Shown: positions 41,392-56,250, counted from the stretch's first letter. The stretch is 64,000 nucleotides of DNA from Glaucostegus cemiculus (GCA_976551045.1 CDPCPM010000012.1:2542001-2606000); one strand, 5' to 3'. The notes: generated by a model not told the origin, from the sequence alone. Program-made: numbers and translations.

Positions 41392-43149
41392 TGCACAAAA
41401 TCTAAAATTCTTAGAAAGAGAGAGATTATATGCACTAAGCATGTGCTCTTATGTTAGTACACAGTTAACAGTTCTCTCTGGCTCACTTTAGACCCTACTA
41501 AAAGCACAGTAGCAACTCCAGATATAGATTTTGACAGGATTCCACTCAATGCCAGAACTCAGAACTTCAACAAACCAAGTCATTACCATTCTTAATTGTA
41601 CAAGAGTGGAGTTCACAGCATCACACAGACACATGTACTATATATAATTTATCTGTGCTATTAAAAGATGATTGCAACAGCTGGAAGTCTGATTTAAAAT
41701 GTTATTTAGTTATAGGTATTTGACAGACTATGCAAAGTCTATAAATCATTTCTATCCTGTCTGCTGCCTATGAATGTAATTTCTCTCAAGTGACAAATTA
41801 CGAGAGTAATGAGCTAGCAGTTTGGGTAGGACATGCAGGAGTGGAATTGCATCCTGTGTTGGATGTGACAGTTGCGGCTGCATGTTGTAATTAGTTTCTG
41901 AAAATCAGCTTCACTGAAGTCGAAAGAACATTGTTTCAGAAGTGGAGGATGAGCTGTAGCGGTTATCACATGCATGTATCTAGCACACGTGACAAAGAAT
42001 GAATTTGCACACCGTAGTTTTTGTAATCTTCCTCCAGCTCCCTCCCGTTGATATGCTTCATACAATCCTAACCACAGGCCTCTGTCAGTATTTGACTGAG
42101 CATATTAAGAGATATCTAGTTTTACCAGATGGATGATTCCTCTTCCTGAAAATTACCCAGATACAAACTCTTTCCACCACCAGTTCTAGTGAGATGATTA
42201 ATGTAAATACTATCAGCTCAGTCCATGATTTCCATATGTATTGGTCCAAGGCCTAATTCCTTGAAAGGGGTACCCAATGAATTGATTCCTCACCTCTCTG
42301 GAGTATACTGATACTTAAATGGTTGCAGGAGCCTTCTGCAAGTTAGATTTATTGGTTGACTTGGCGATCACCAAGACCAAACTCAGATGGTCCAATCCTA
42401 CAGGTTCTTAGAGGGAATCATTGCAATGAGGGAAAACCATATGCAGTTTTTTCTTTTTCCATCTAAAGATAACTGAGGTCTGTTTCAATCCTCAGTACAA
42501 TACAGGAAGTATTTACTTCCCAGCTACAAGTGAGGTAAGAAGCCTTGAAAAAAATTAATCCCTTTCCTCTTGGATTCTAAACAAAATCCAAATATATATG
42601 ATTCAATTAATCAAGATATATTTTCTTGAGATAGAATTCACACAGCAAGCATGTAAAACACATTTAGTGCAGACCAAGATTACTTAAACAAATTTTGGCA
42701 TGTGTTATTTTTGGACTGCACTGGGAAGGCCATAACTTTATTAATAGTTTACTGTGCCTGTACTTTCCCACACCAGTGATAAGCTGATTAATTGTCAGCA
42801 TTGTGAGTACAGTGCACTCCAGGCCGAACCAAAAAATATCAACTCAGCAGATAAAATATTAAACCATTTAAGGTAAAATTAGCACATTCATGGCATCCAC
42901 TTGACAAACATCAAGACAGATAAAGCTTAAACATGACAACAGCATGGGAACTGAGGTCTCCAGCAGTCTGGCCCATCTGTCAGTGCTGGCATCCAAAGCA
43001 TTGAAAATAACCATTTACAGTGCACCTGGCCAATGGCTTCATTCTCAACAAGTCATAACTTCATTTACTGGTCAGGAAAGTAAACAGCCATAAGGTCCAA
43101 AGAAAAAAGCAAGCTGAATCCAAAAAGACCACAGAGGAAGGAACCAAGC

Positions 43150-45320
43150 TGATGGCCGATTTGGTTACTCATTGAAAAACTATTGGCCGTGGAATTCTTC
43201 AGGACTCGAGTTGTGTTGTCTGCTTTTTGTGGTAGTAATCAATGGTTCAGACAGCCAAAGGCTATGTGATTTAGAAGTTTGCAGAAGGTGCCAAAATCCA
43301 CCACATGATTGACAATGAATAAGTTGTAAGCTACAGAAGGATGTCAAGACTGATCAAATTGGCAGAACAATGCCAAATGGAATTCAATATGGATGACTGA
43401 AGCAATACCTTTCGGGAGGACCACAGAGTACATATTAAGTGGAAAGACACAGAGAAGTAGGGGATCCTGGAGTGCGTATCCGCAGATCCCTGAAGGTGGT
43501 AGGGCAGGTAGATAAGGTGGTTAAAAAGGGATAAAAATATTTTATTGTCTGAGGAACTAAATAAAATTGTAGGAAGGTACAGGTAGAGAGGGCCACAGAG
43601 TTCCTAAACGTGATTTAGGAGAACGTTTTCATTCAGTAGGTAGCAAGACCAATAAGAGGGGAGGCAATGCCATACTTACTTTAAGAAGGGGATGAGTATT
43701 GGCAAGGCATTATTTTCATGGTTGTGATCATATATCATTTAGATTTAGCATTATTGTGGAAAAGAGCAAAAATAAAATCACAGTAAAGAATCTAAACTGG
43801 GAAAGGCAAATTTTACTAGTTTGAGAACTTATTTAGCAAAAATTGACTAGAAGCAAGCTACAAAAATGGAAATCAGTGTTGGAGCAGTGGGAGGTATTTA
43901 AGAAGGCTTTCCACAATGTCCAGGGTAAATATGCTCCCACAAAGACTGTCAAATCTAGCTCACCTTGGAATATTAATGCATTAGTAGAAGATAAAAGCAT
44001 AAATGGTGGGCTTATGTCAACACAGGGACATTACTGGATGCAGAATGTCCAGAAGAATACAGAAGGTGTCAGGGAAAAGATAATTTAGAAAGAAGAGAGA
44101 GGGCATGAAAAATACTGGCATGTAACATCAAAGAAAATCCAAAGAAGTTATACGATTACATCAAGAACATTAGGATAACCAAGGAAACAGTAAGGCCTAT
44201 TATGGACCAAAAGTGTAACTTGCAGCAGAGAACATGATTAGGAATTATGAGTACTTTGCAACTGTCTTCACAGAAGAGGTGGTATTAACAAAATTGTAGT
44301 TACAAATTATCAGGTCCCAATGGAGCTTAACCTGTGTTGTTTAAAGCAGGGGATGAAACTATGGAGGTTCTGACCATAACTTTTCAATCCTCCCTGGCTA
44401 CAATAGTGGTGCTAAAGGAATGGATGACTGCTAACATTGTACTCTTGTTCAAAAAGAAAAGAAATGGATAAACTAAGTAATCGCAGGCACATTAGTTTAA
44501 CTTTGCTGTGGGAAAATTATTGGCTTCAACTCTGAATGTCAGTATTCATTCATGAAAGGCGATCAATACGAATTTGTTAAGGGAAGGTTAGGTTCGACTA
44601 ACTTGATTGAATTTCCTGAGAAAATAAGGACTTATGTGGCATTATGTCCATTGTAGTCTATGTAGATGTTAGCAAGGCATTTGAAGAGGTCCCACATGGA
44701 AAACTGGTCAAGAAAGGAAAAGCTGCGGGATCCAAGGGAGAATGGCAAATTGGATCCAAAATTGGCTCAGTGGGAGTAATGATTGATGGGTATTTTTGTG
44801 ACTGGAAGCTTGTTACCATTGGGCTTAGTACTTGGTCTCTTGCTTATGAGATATACAGTACATATGACTCTTTAGGGAATAGTTTGATAGACTAAGATTC
44901 CTTCCTCTGAATCTCAGGGGATGAAGGAAGGTTTAATTAAGATGCATAGAACTATGAGAGGTCTGCATGAAAGAAACAGGAATGATACATTTTCCTTGGT
45001 AGAGAGGTCAGTGATTGCTTTAAGTAATTGATTAAAGGATAAGCAGGGCCTCAGAACCACCTTTAAACCAGAGTGTGATGGAGACCTGGATTTCACAGCT
45101 TTAAAAGGTGGTGGTGATGGGACAGGGGAGGTGGGGAGAGAATAGTAGTGGGTGAGAGGTAGGGGGAGGAAAAAGTTGCATAGGCTCTCATCACATTTAA
45201 ACATTGCTTGATGTTATATTTCGCAAATCCACACAGTTGACCAAGAGCTGGCAAGTTGGCCAAATCTAGAAAGATATGTTTAGTTAACGTGGGCACAATA
45301 GTCTCCTATCATCAAGTTCT
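43150..45320 (+). mobile_element. Compound old CR1 fragments (RT piece, then EN-to-RT piece, then 3' end)
   Basis: aagtttgcagaaggtgccaaaat (approximately KFADDTK) near 43276; PxRGEA near 43650; YVDVSKAFEEVPH in ORF 44644; 3' end remnants after 44890. Confidence 0.8.
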
Positions 45321-45821
45321 TTGAATTTCACAATAGTTATTTGGTTGGCAAAATCAAATTTTTCTCTCCCTCATTCTTGTTATAATTTCTTTCTTACTCC
45401 TCACCCCGTTGACTATAAATCCTTCTGAAATATAAATCTGTGGAACCACACAAGTACACACAGATCAGCTCAACAGTTATAGGCAGCAAGCCACAAGTTA
45501 ACAGTTTGAAAGGCTTTGCTGCTTACAATATCCTTATTGGGTATGGTAGCAGAAGCTGCAGTAGTATCCAGAGGCCAGGAGCATTGATCTGGGAAACAAA
45601 CCTGTCATCTTTTGCTGGGTCTGCCCTACATCTGACCTCTGACCCACAGCAATTTGTCTCACTTGTAACTATCCTCTAAAATGGCTTAGCAAGCCGCAGA
45701 AATCAGGGGTAATTAAGATTTGGAATAAATGCTGACCAAGCTATGAATCCCATGTAAATAAGAATGGGTAGAAAACATTTTTACTTTCATAGGCTGAACA
45801 CCAGAAAATTGCAGTCATATT

Positions 45822-45857
45822 TCATAAATGTCATAAATGTCATTAATGTCATAAATG
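45822..45857. repeat. (TCATAAATG)x4 tandem repeat, one mismatch
   Basis: Read directly. Confidence 0.85.
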
Positions 45858-47188
45858 AAATTAAAACACTGACATTAATACACAACTGTTTAGAAACATT
45901 TTAAACCTTTCATATACATTGAAATACTTTTGTAAAATGGTGACCACTGGTAAACATGATAGCCATTTCAGACACCAAGATGTACTTACTATTATCACAT
46001 AAAAAATTAGAATGAAATACCATTCAGACTTGCATGCTGTGACAGCTCGTTGAAAGAGCCACCAATTACACCCATTCTCTGGTCTTTCCTTCAGAAGTTA
46101 TTTGGAAGTCACTGCTGCATTTGCTTCCATCACCCTTTGCAGATCATAACAACATGTCATGAAAAGACATTTCTCATTTTATTCTGAAATTTTTTGTCAA
46201 TTACCTTCAATACACATCTCTGGTTATCAATTCTGCAACTAGTGGAAAGAGTTTAAGTTCTCAGTCTGTTTACTCTTGGACTGATGCAGTAATTGCATGT
46301 GGCTCAGAAATCACTGCAAGCAGAAAGCTTTTTATAGTTCTTCCCTTGTTATGTTGAAGCTTCATAGACTAAACCACTCATTAGAACTGGCTTGTCCACC
46401 TTGAAATATGTGAAAGGTTCCCTGAAAACACGTGCACACCAGCATCCCAAGCACAAACCAGAGTGCTGCAAATATTCTGGTAACTTCATTTCAACCTCTG
46501 CATGAGAATTGTTACCAAGGAATTAGGATGTGAGAAATGTATTCTGTTTTGAGCTCTAATCTATTAATGCATTGGCTGTCTGCTATATTTTCAGGTTTTA
46601 AATATGATAAAATAAAGCAACTCTTGTTTGGTATTTCAAAGTACAAAATCTCATCTTTAGGTTTTTAGAACTGACCTTGAATGTCGTATCATGCATTCTA
46701 ACAGGCAGTCACTTCCAAACCCTCAGGGTCATAGTTTCCTGCCAAAATTCTCTACTGCATTCCTTGTTTGGAATTTTGAATGTCCTGTACAATGAAGCCT
46801 TTGAAAACCAGGAAGAAACAGGTTATAATAGTCATTCAAAGGCTGTTGTTTGTTTAGTTTCTTCATTACAGAGATGGATCCATGACAAATTTTTGCCAAG
46901 TTCATGCTTCTGGAGCCCACTGTAACATTATACCTCAAAGCACATATCTCAGAGGAAGGAAAGAGAGACTTGTTATCTAAAAATGGTCTGATTGCACAGA
47001 GACAATCAGGAGTTCAATGCTGATGGCAAAGAGACAGATTCCAAATACTTCCAATTAAAACAACCTTGATATTGATTGCTGCAGTGTGAATCAGCACTTG
47101 GCACTCTATCAGGTGAAGTGACTTGCAGTTCAAGATATGAGAGGCTGTAAAATTCTCCAGAAAATGTTTAATTATTAGGTACATTCAC

Positions 47189-47255
47189 AGAGAGTGAGAA
47201 AGTGAGAGAGAGAGTGAGAGAGAGAGTGAGAGAGAGAGAGACAGAGTCAGAGACA
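47189..47255. repeat. Imperfect (GA)n microsatellite
   Basis: Read directly. Confidence 0.9.
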
Positions 47256-47980
47256 GGAGCCAATTAAATGCATGCCTGGTCGTGTTAATACTTCCAATTT
47301 ATTTTCTCCATGATACCCAAGAAATATTGCCAATTTTCCTACCCTGTAAATATCCTGTTTAACATCCACTGCCCCTCAGTAGGAGATACAAGTATGAGAA
47401 ATAAAAAGGAGAATCCATGGTGAACAGAGCAGAAAATATTGGAAATACTTTAATTGGTCTGGAACAAACCACACAAGGAGTAAAGGCAAAAAGATTTGGG
47501 TTACTCAAAGGACATTGATATTCAATGACATAATAGAGAAGAGGTCTGAAGGCCATCTTTTTATTCTCTCTATTGCTCTCTTTTCCTTTGCTAACTAGTT
47601 ATAAACATTGGAAGTGTTGAAATAATCATTTAACGGGTGCACTGAAAAGTGGAGCACCCTGAGAGAGGGAGGAGCAAGTGGAGAGTTTTTATCTTTTGAG
47701 AGGAGATCTCACCTTACAGGCTTGCACATCTTTATTCTGACCAAGAGGAGGATTTTCATCACTATGCACCAGCACCCACCACAGGATAAATTGCTGGAAT
47801 TTATTAAAACTTCATCCACAATCATAGATTTAGCTTTCTTTGTTACTTAGATGTACACAAACTCTGTACGTAGTTCACCCCTTCAAGCTGATGCAGTAAT
47901 TGCATGTGGCTGAGAAACGACCATGAGGAGAAAGCTTTTTGTAGTCCACATGTTTTCATATTTATATGCAGTTCATGGCT

Positions 47981-49779
47981 GGGTCAGCATTGATTCCTAA
48001 CAACTGCACCCGAACTCCACCAGAAGTATGAGCTGAAGATTCCATAATGCAATTTATATTAAAATTTGTCCATAATTAGTCACAACTTAAGGTTGATTTC
48101 CCCTCCCCCCCCCAACATGTTGAATTATTTTTACAAAGAATTTCTGCCTTCTTGTACTTTCATGCCTGCCATCTGGAAAAAGGCTCCAGTGCATCCGGGC
48201 AAGGACTACCAGACTGTGCAATAGCTTCTTCCCACAAGCAATCAGAACCATGAACACCCTCATCCCTACATCCCTCCCACCAACACCAAAGGATGCTAGG
48301 TGTACAAAAATGCATCAGCACTTTAAATGTCCAATGACTGCTGCTTCAGTACGTTCATTCTAAGAATGTTTTATTCGAGCCTCTTTATAATTTTTGCAGT
48401 TCCAACGTTGTTAACGTCTTTCTGTCTTTGTGTCTGTCATTGTTTTTAATGTGACCAGCACCTTGATCTGTGGAGTATGGTATTTCGCTCCCATGCATGT
48501 TGAATGTGCATATGGAAGTGACAATAAAACTGATTCTGACTTTGCCCCTGGACTCACCATCCAGGGGCATTCCACAAAGTCCAGAGCTGATGGGCTGGAT
48601 ACACTGTGTATCTGGCCCTGCATCATTATGCCAATCATTATGCATTTCCATTCACTTAAATGGGGAAGCCAACTGGCATTATAAACATTGTTTAAATAAT
48701 TTCTATGACTTCATTGAAACTTTTAATAAGATTTAATTTTATTGTTTGAATGTTTTTTCCACTGCTTTAAATGGTGACACATCAGAGACATTGGAAACCT
48801 TGGACAAGGCCTCCTGACAGCGCAAACTTTGTGTCATGAAGAACAAGGGCAGGGAGTGGGGTGGTGGTGGGGAAGGGTGGGGAGGGGAATAGGGAGGTTT
48901 TAGAGGCTAGATGGCTGCAAAAGGTTGCATAATTATAGGGTTAGTGCAGGGGATGAAGGTGAGATCCTGTCCAATGAATAGTCACTATCATGCTTTAACT
49001 TAAGCCAGGAATCATTGTGGTTCCCCAAAGTGTAATTAATAATGTGTCAAATGTCGAAGATTAGCAGAAATTTCTTGTCCACTGGCTGATTCATAACTAT
49101 ATGAAGTTACTGACAAATTCTGTAACATTTGTGTTTTAACAAACATCCTGAGCAGAAATAACTATAATTTCTATTTTCTGTTATATATATTTAACATATA
49201 AATATTCTTCATTAATGAAATGTGCTGGCCAAGGAGATAGTTCGGTAATACATATTTGATATTTTTTTTCTGTTTATGTTCTGAGGGTCTATAGACTGCA
49301 CCATGTGTTAAATCAGCATAAACTCATGGAGAGATAGTCATTTAAAAAGTAGTTTATGTAGAGGGACTTCCTGCAAAACTGCAAAACATCACACAGCCAG
49401 GGTCTTGGCCCAGACTGACCTAAGCAATGAATGATATTGTGAGGTATCAAAGAGTAAATAATGCTGTTGCTGCAGAAAGCAGGTTTTACCAATATCAGGG
49501 AGGTTGTAGGAGTCAATATCAATTGTAGTGTTCAGGTCAAGCAAGGTTAGAGGATGGAGGCCAATGGACCCAGACAATGAAGGATGAAAGGGTCAGCATT
49601 TATTCCCAACCTTAATTGCATCTGAACTCCACCAGAAGTATGAGCTGAAGATTCCATAATGCAATTTATATGAAAATTTGTCCATTATTAAATCACAACT
49701 AAAGGCTGATTTCCCCCCACCACCACATGTTGGATTATTTTTTAAAAAGAATTTCTGTCTTCTGTACTTCCATACCTGC
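47981..49779 (+). repeat. Dispersed direct repeat, about 190 bp (47981-48169 and 49590-49779)
   Basis: Both copies begin gggtcagcatt and share gaactccaccagaagtatgagctgaagattccataatgcaatttatat; diverged elsewhere. Confidence 0.92.
48163..48543 (+). mobile_element. Rex1/Babar-type LINE 3' fragment
   Basis: Frame LPSGKRLQCIRARTTRLCNSFFPQAIRTMN; tail gtgacaataaaactgattctga. Confidence 0.85.
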
Positions 49780-50087
49780 AGAAGTGGAGACATTAGACAG
49801 TTTGCAACAAATAGGTGGAAGGGAATGTTCAACTTGCCGCAGTGGCAGAGGCTTTGAACTGATCAGTCTACTAAGGTTAACGCTTGACAAATTTGTTTTG
49901 GGAGGATGAAAGCTTTGGATCAGGAAAAATTAATAAAATTTTAGACTGTGGTTATGGCAGTTTAAATGCAGCTGAGGGTTATGGGAGGTGAAGTAGAGAG
50001 TTGGAAAGATTGAATGGGGATCAGGTTTATATGGGTCGGCACAACATCGTGGGCCGAAGGGCCCGTACTGTGCTGTACTGTTTTATG
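49780..50087 (+). mobile_element. CR1 3' end remnant(s)
   Basis: gtcggcacaacatcgtgggccgaagggcccgtactgtgctgtactgtt, same tail type as about 38120-38170. Confidence 0.7.
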
Positions 50088-50109
50088 TCAATGTATGTGA
50101 CAGTAAACT

Positions 50110-50295
50110 CAGTGGCGGCACTCCCACCCGCCAAGGAAGATTCGAGATTCATGCCTAGACTTAGAACTTGAGCACATACTTCACACCGAGGCTTATCTAT
50201 TGTAGTACTGAGGGAAGTTCCACACTGCTGGCAGTTCTGCCTGCCAACTTTCAGATGTGATGTTAAACTGAAGTCTTGCCTGCTCTCTCAGGTTT
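50110..50295 (+). mobile_element. Deu-domain SINE remnant (SacSINE1/AmnSINE1-like)
   Basis: gtagtactgagggaag...ctttcagatgtgatgttaaactgaag...ctgctctctcaggt resembles the Deu core as recalled. Confidence 0.7.
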
Positions 50296-51689
50296 AATTA
50301 TCTTACTTCAATTATCATCTGGGAGTTACAGTTTTGAAGCCAATGTTATGTGGTACTTAATGTTGAAAACCCCTATATTACAATGCCACCTACAGGAGCT
50401 GCCAGTAGTGAAGTTATATTGACATACTTGGAATGGGATTTCCCATCAGAAGTGTACAGAGGCTTTTACTGTGGTCTCAGTGTCATTTAAAATAGAATAT
50501 TGTGACCTTCCAACTGGGAGTCTAAATTATAATCAATACAGCAATAAAATTAATTTTATAAAAACACAGAGCAATCTGATAAGCTTGGATACTTGCTGGG
50601 ATCTCATGTGGCCTGATGCTATGGAACCTCATTCAGCTTTATAACTATCTGAGTAAGAATATCAATAATGTGCTAACTAGTTTGAAAATAGATATCTCGG
50701 TACTTAACAAAATGGAAATTAGTAACACTGTTTCACAGATATTTCCTGTTCTGCCAACAGTCAACCACTGATCTATGTATGAAATCACATGCAAGTGAAC
50801 ATTGATAAATAATTCACACTAATGGCTTGCGTCAGTGGTGGAATGAACACACATGTCTACGTTAGCAAGAGCATCACTCCATGATTATCAGGCACCGTGT
50901 CAATAGTGGAAAGGTAGACCAGGATGTATTATTCAACAAATTTACATATGCAACCACTTGCCCAATGATATATCGTCAAAGAGAATAAATTGAAGTGCAT
51001 TCATTCAAATATGTGTGAAGGCGCTTTAGTGTTACAGATTGCTGAATAGATAATTCTTAGGAGTTTAGATTCAAAACAGAACTGTAAACCAGATTGAGAG
51101 ACAAATGTGACTACTTAAATAAAGAACTAAAGCTATAAAAAAAGCATTTAAGCACTTTTACGAACACTGAGCCATTATATAAGAAAAGGGAATGATTCCA
51201 GACACATGGAATTCAGTTTTCTTAGAACGGCACAGCAAAAGGGCCAATTATTTGCACTCAAAATTCAATTGTTCATTCCTGCAGCTGTATGCAAGGATGG
51301 TATTGCTTGTCAGCCAACAAGCAGAACAAGAATGAAGAGGTACAATTCACATACTAATTCTCAATAATATAACTAGTATTTTACCTTCTCTCAGTACCAA
51401 AAATATTTTACAACATTGCAAGTTCTTGCCAATGGATATTTGCCAAATCAACACTCCACCATTTCATTAACCTTAATTGCAGCACAAGGGATGACCTCTT
51501 CCACAGAGCAATTTGTTATTGATAGAAAAAGGGTTAAATGTTTATTTTAACTTCCGCAATTACAGGACACACTATATATTTCTGCACTGTGTGAAAGTAG
51601 TGATTGCTGTCACATTGCCAAAAATTCATCTCACTGTTAAACTTGGGTGGACCGAGGTGTGGAATGTGGAATCGGTACATTCATAGACG

Positions 51690-51860
51690 TTGGAAATCTG
51701 AAACAAAAACAGAAAATATTGGAAACACTCTGTGGGTCAGGCAACACTTGTTGAACGAGAAATACAGTTCATGTTTCAGGTCAAAGTGTCTTTGACCTGA
51801 AACAAGAACACCTTCTCTTTCCACAGATGCTGTCTAACCTGTAGAATGTTTCCAGCATTA
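51690..51860. mobile_element. Palindromic element, probably Penelope-derived
   Basis: Arms are inverse copies; perfect 15-bp stem at 51772-51786 and 51790-51804. Confidence 0.7.
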
Positions 51861-53124
51861 TATTGCATGAGGAAATGGTTGTGGCTATCACTGGTATCCG
51901 CTGGAGTGTATTTGGAATACAATTAAGAGATGGGGTTGGGAGGGGCAGGGGGTGTCAGGGGTTTGAAACTAAAAGACAGACAAGTAAACTTTGTATTGGT
52001 TTGAAATTGGATTCCACCTTTGAATTATTGCAACTTTATTGATTCTAAATTTATATTTAATATGTATTGTTGGGCAGCTGGTTGGATGCAAGAGAATTAT
52101 TTTCTAGTGCAATTTTATAATGATAAAAGAATTTTGAAACTATAATCCCTTGCTATATTAGTTAGAAAATGGAAATAGTTCATTAGAAAGCCTAAAATAT
52201 CAAGATTTACGCAGACTTTACCAATGAGAGATAAAAGACTGACATGATCATAAGTAATTTGTTATTACACCAATAGATACATGATGTGTATTTAAAACCA
52301 AAACTATTTGGTAATGAAATTCATATCAGTTCTCTGCTTTCTTATGAGGATATTAGCTTATTTACCTTCAAGAGTGGACAGAAAATTGATGAAAATGCAC
52401 GCAATGTTCATTCATTATCATTAGACTTCATATCTTCATGCTTGTATATTTAATTTCCATTCATGATTTGCTTTATGTGGTTCAACTTACTCCAAAAGAA
52501 AACACAAACTAATACTTTGCCAGAACAACAGCTGGAATCAATTTACTAATCGAACCTTGGTCATTATGGCTATTTAGTAATGCTGCACCAGTTATGAATC
52601 AAATTCACAATGACAGATATGAATCTAGATATGAATCAAAATCACAATGGACAACCATTAATGATTTCTCTCACCTATTTCAAATGGGTTTCCATCATTT
52701 CTTTCCTTCCCCGACAATTTATTGTGCTCACAAACTGTACAAATTAAATTATCCTATTATATCATTGTGTTTTAAACACTTTGTCAAAAGTTAATCAGAA
52801 GATTAAACTCACTGCACCACAGCAAGTTCAATCATTACGACAGGCCTATCCAGGACTAGCATGCAGCAAAAGCTATTAAAGCTGCACAAGTGTAAAAAGA
52901 GATTTAACCAACAGCAAATCACAAACTGAATGAACACTGCTTCCTTCTAAAAATAGCAATAATGCAATTTACCCAGAGGAGATGAACAGCTTTTTCCAAA
53001 GGCAGGACGAATTCAAATTTGCTTCCCCCAATAGGGAACAAAAAAAATACTTCTCATGTTGATTTTTACATTTTACAACATACGGATTGATTTGTGGACT
53101 GCAGGAACTCAAAAATCATTGTCA

Positions 53125-53856
<732 letters not shown>

Positions 53857-54528
53857 TTAGAAGCAGTTAATCACACTGATGTATCACCAATTACTTTGTT
53901 TATGCCATTAACTTCACAATTACATACTTAATTGACAAAGTGTTGTGAAGTTCAAACAGAAAGTAACAATTTGCATAATATTTTGACAATGGCAGAAAAT
54001 GGATACTGTTAGTACCAAAGGTAGAGATACACGATGGAGCCAATAGATTAAATAAATGCTAAGCAACCAGACATCTGGGCAGACTTTCAGCAAGGCAAGT
54101 TGCTTGTGGCTTTCACATGAAATTTCTGGAATCCCAGGATTAACATCTGAATATTGACAGGCAGCATCATAGAAGGCTCTCTCCAAAACAACGCAGCATG
54201 TGACTAACTCAGCTTCACAACAAAGCAGTGCTGTTACTGACTCTGCAGTAGCTGGGTGAATTGGAAGCTTGAAACTCAGCTGGTATCCACCTTTCCTTGT
54301 TGACTTTCACTATCGCTGCGATATTGGGGAGCTAAAGCCTCAGAGAAGGGGAAAAAATACAGATCCTGGTTCTCAGTCCACAGAAGTTTAGATCACATGG
54401 CAAGACACAACTCATCATGGATCTGCCCAACTTCTGGAAAAAGCCATCCAGTGGGAACTTAGGAGAGTGGTGGGAAATAAATATTTGTAAAATGTTTGTA
54501 AACCACAAAACTAGAATATTTCTTCTTA

Positions 54529-54723
<195 letters not shown>

Positions 54724-55201
54724 TCATAGAAATGAGTAACAAATTAAATTGTTCTTGCTCAATCTCAGGTTCTAGTTGGGAACAATCTGGAGAAATTGCA
54801 ACTCTTAACAATCTGATAAAGCATGTTTTCAAAAATTTCCATCTGATTTTTGAATGTAAGTTAACAGTGAGATAAACAGGAAGATGTTGCTGTTGTGCAC
54901 AGCATCCAAATTACATCAACTATTTGTTTAGAACCATCCATCTTCTTTAGCAAGGTAATATTAACTCAAGATAGTTTCAAATCCTTCCCAACTGCAATCC
55001 CTTATTTGAATGTTATGTTACTTGCTGATAATATGGTTTTATGATAAATCAACACACAAGCAACCTTCCTCAATGAATTTCACCTACACTGTGCCTAACA
55101 CATGAATTTTAGTATCGCTATCTATTGCATTTCTCTTTCAGTTGCAAGACGCAGCATGTTTGATTTCAGGTTGTAGATTATCAATGTTTATGCTATACCA
55201 C

Positions 55202-55291
55202 CTTGCGCTGGGGTTTCTCTGAAGGTGTCCTGATTATTCTGCGTGTAGTTTGGAGCTTTAGGACCAGGAGATGCTTGATGCTCTGTCCACT
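55202..55291 (-). CDS. MAGI1: MAGI1 exon, 90 nt: WW2-PDZ1 linker (EWTEHQASPGPKAPNYTQNNQDTFRETPAQG)
   Basis: Acceptor ctctccag|AG, donor CAAG|gtggta (alternative donor 3 nt further). Resembles human EWTEDH...REVPLQG; phase 1-1. Confidence 0.88.
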
Positions 55292-55479
55292 CTGGAGAGG
55301 TGAGAAAAATTATATTCAAAGCATTATTTTGGTATATGATTTTGTTCAACAGTGATGCCAATCCAAGTTCACTCCTAACAGTGATTTTCTTTAAGGGATC
55401 ATTTCCGCTAGAATAAGAAAATATTTCCACTGTTTGGAATGAAATATATTCCTCTTGTTCACTATAAGTACTAAGAATT

Positions 55480-55632
55480 ACGTTAGCTAAACACTCAGCA
55501 GGTCGAGCAGAAATGACAAAGGGTCTTCAATCTCAAATGTTCACGCTCTTTCTCTTTCCACAGAAACCACCTGACCGGTTGGGTTTTTCCAGCTATTTCA
55601 TTATTTTTTCAGATTTCCAAAACATGCAGTTG
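55480..55632. mobile_element. Same family as 51690, remnant
   Basis: aacactcagcaggtc...tctctttccacaga...tttccagc...tcagatttcc. Confidence 0.6.
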
Positions 55633-55965
55633 TTTTAATTCCTCCAAGAAAAGTTCAGGTGGAGTAGAAATTCATTCAATGCCATTGTCAGATGTAGAAT
55701 GTATCTGACTACAGCTAGACAAAATCCCATCCAAGGCAGGGGACTACTTGTTTCATTTTTGATGATCCAGCCATTAACATCAATTTGATAATCTCGGTCA
55801 TGCCACAGGGCAATGTTTATTATTTTATTTCCTTTAAACACTTATTTAGTTTAAGAGTATTTAAGGTGGGGAAGATGGTCAATTCATATGGCAGAAGTGG
55901 ATTGGGGAGGCTTATGAGTACTGAACAGATCCAGCCTGACCTAATCCAAACCATATGCACAGTCT

Positions 55966-56250
55966 AGAATGCTGGAAATACTCATCAGGTCAGGCAGCAG
56001 AGAAATGTTAATGTTTCAGGTCTGAGACCCTTCAAAAGAACTGGGCAAGAATGAAAACAAGTTAGTTTTCAGTTGCAGAGAAGGCGAGGGAGGGATGAGT
56101 AGAACAAAGAAACTCCATCTTAAAGGGTGAGACCAAATGATATAATGTGGCAGCAAAATAGCAGATTATGCTTTCCAACTATGTTGCTTTACTTGCTGGA
56201 CGTTTCCAGCATTTTCTGTTTTTATTTCTGATTTCCATCAACGGCAGTTT
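55966..56250. mobile_element. Same family as 51690, with inverted ends
   Basis: aatgctggaaatactcatcaggtcaggcagc...gacccttc at the left; tttccagcattttctgtttttatt at the right. Confidence 0.65.
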
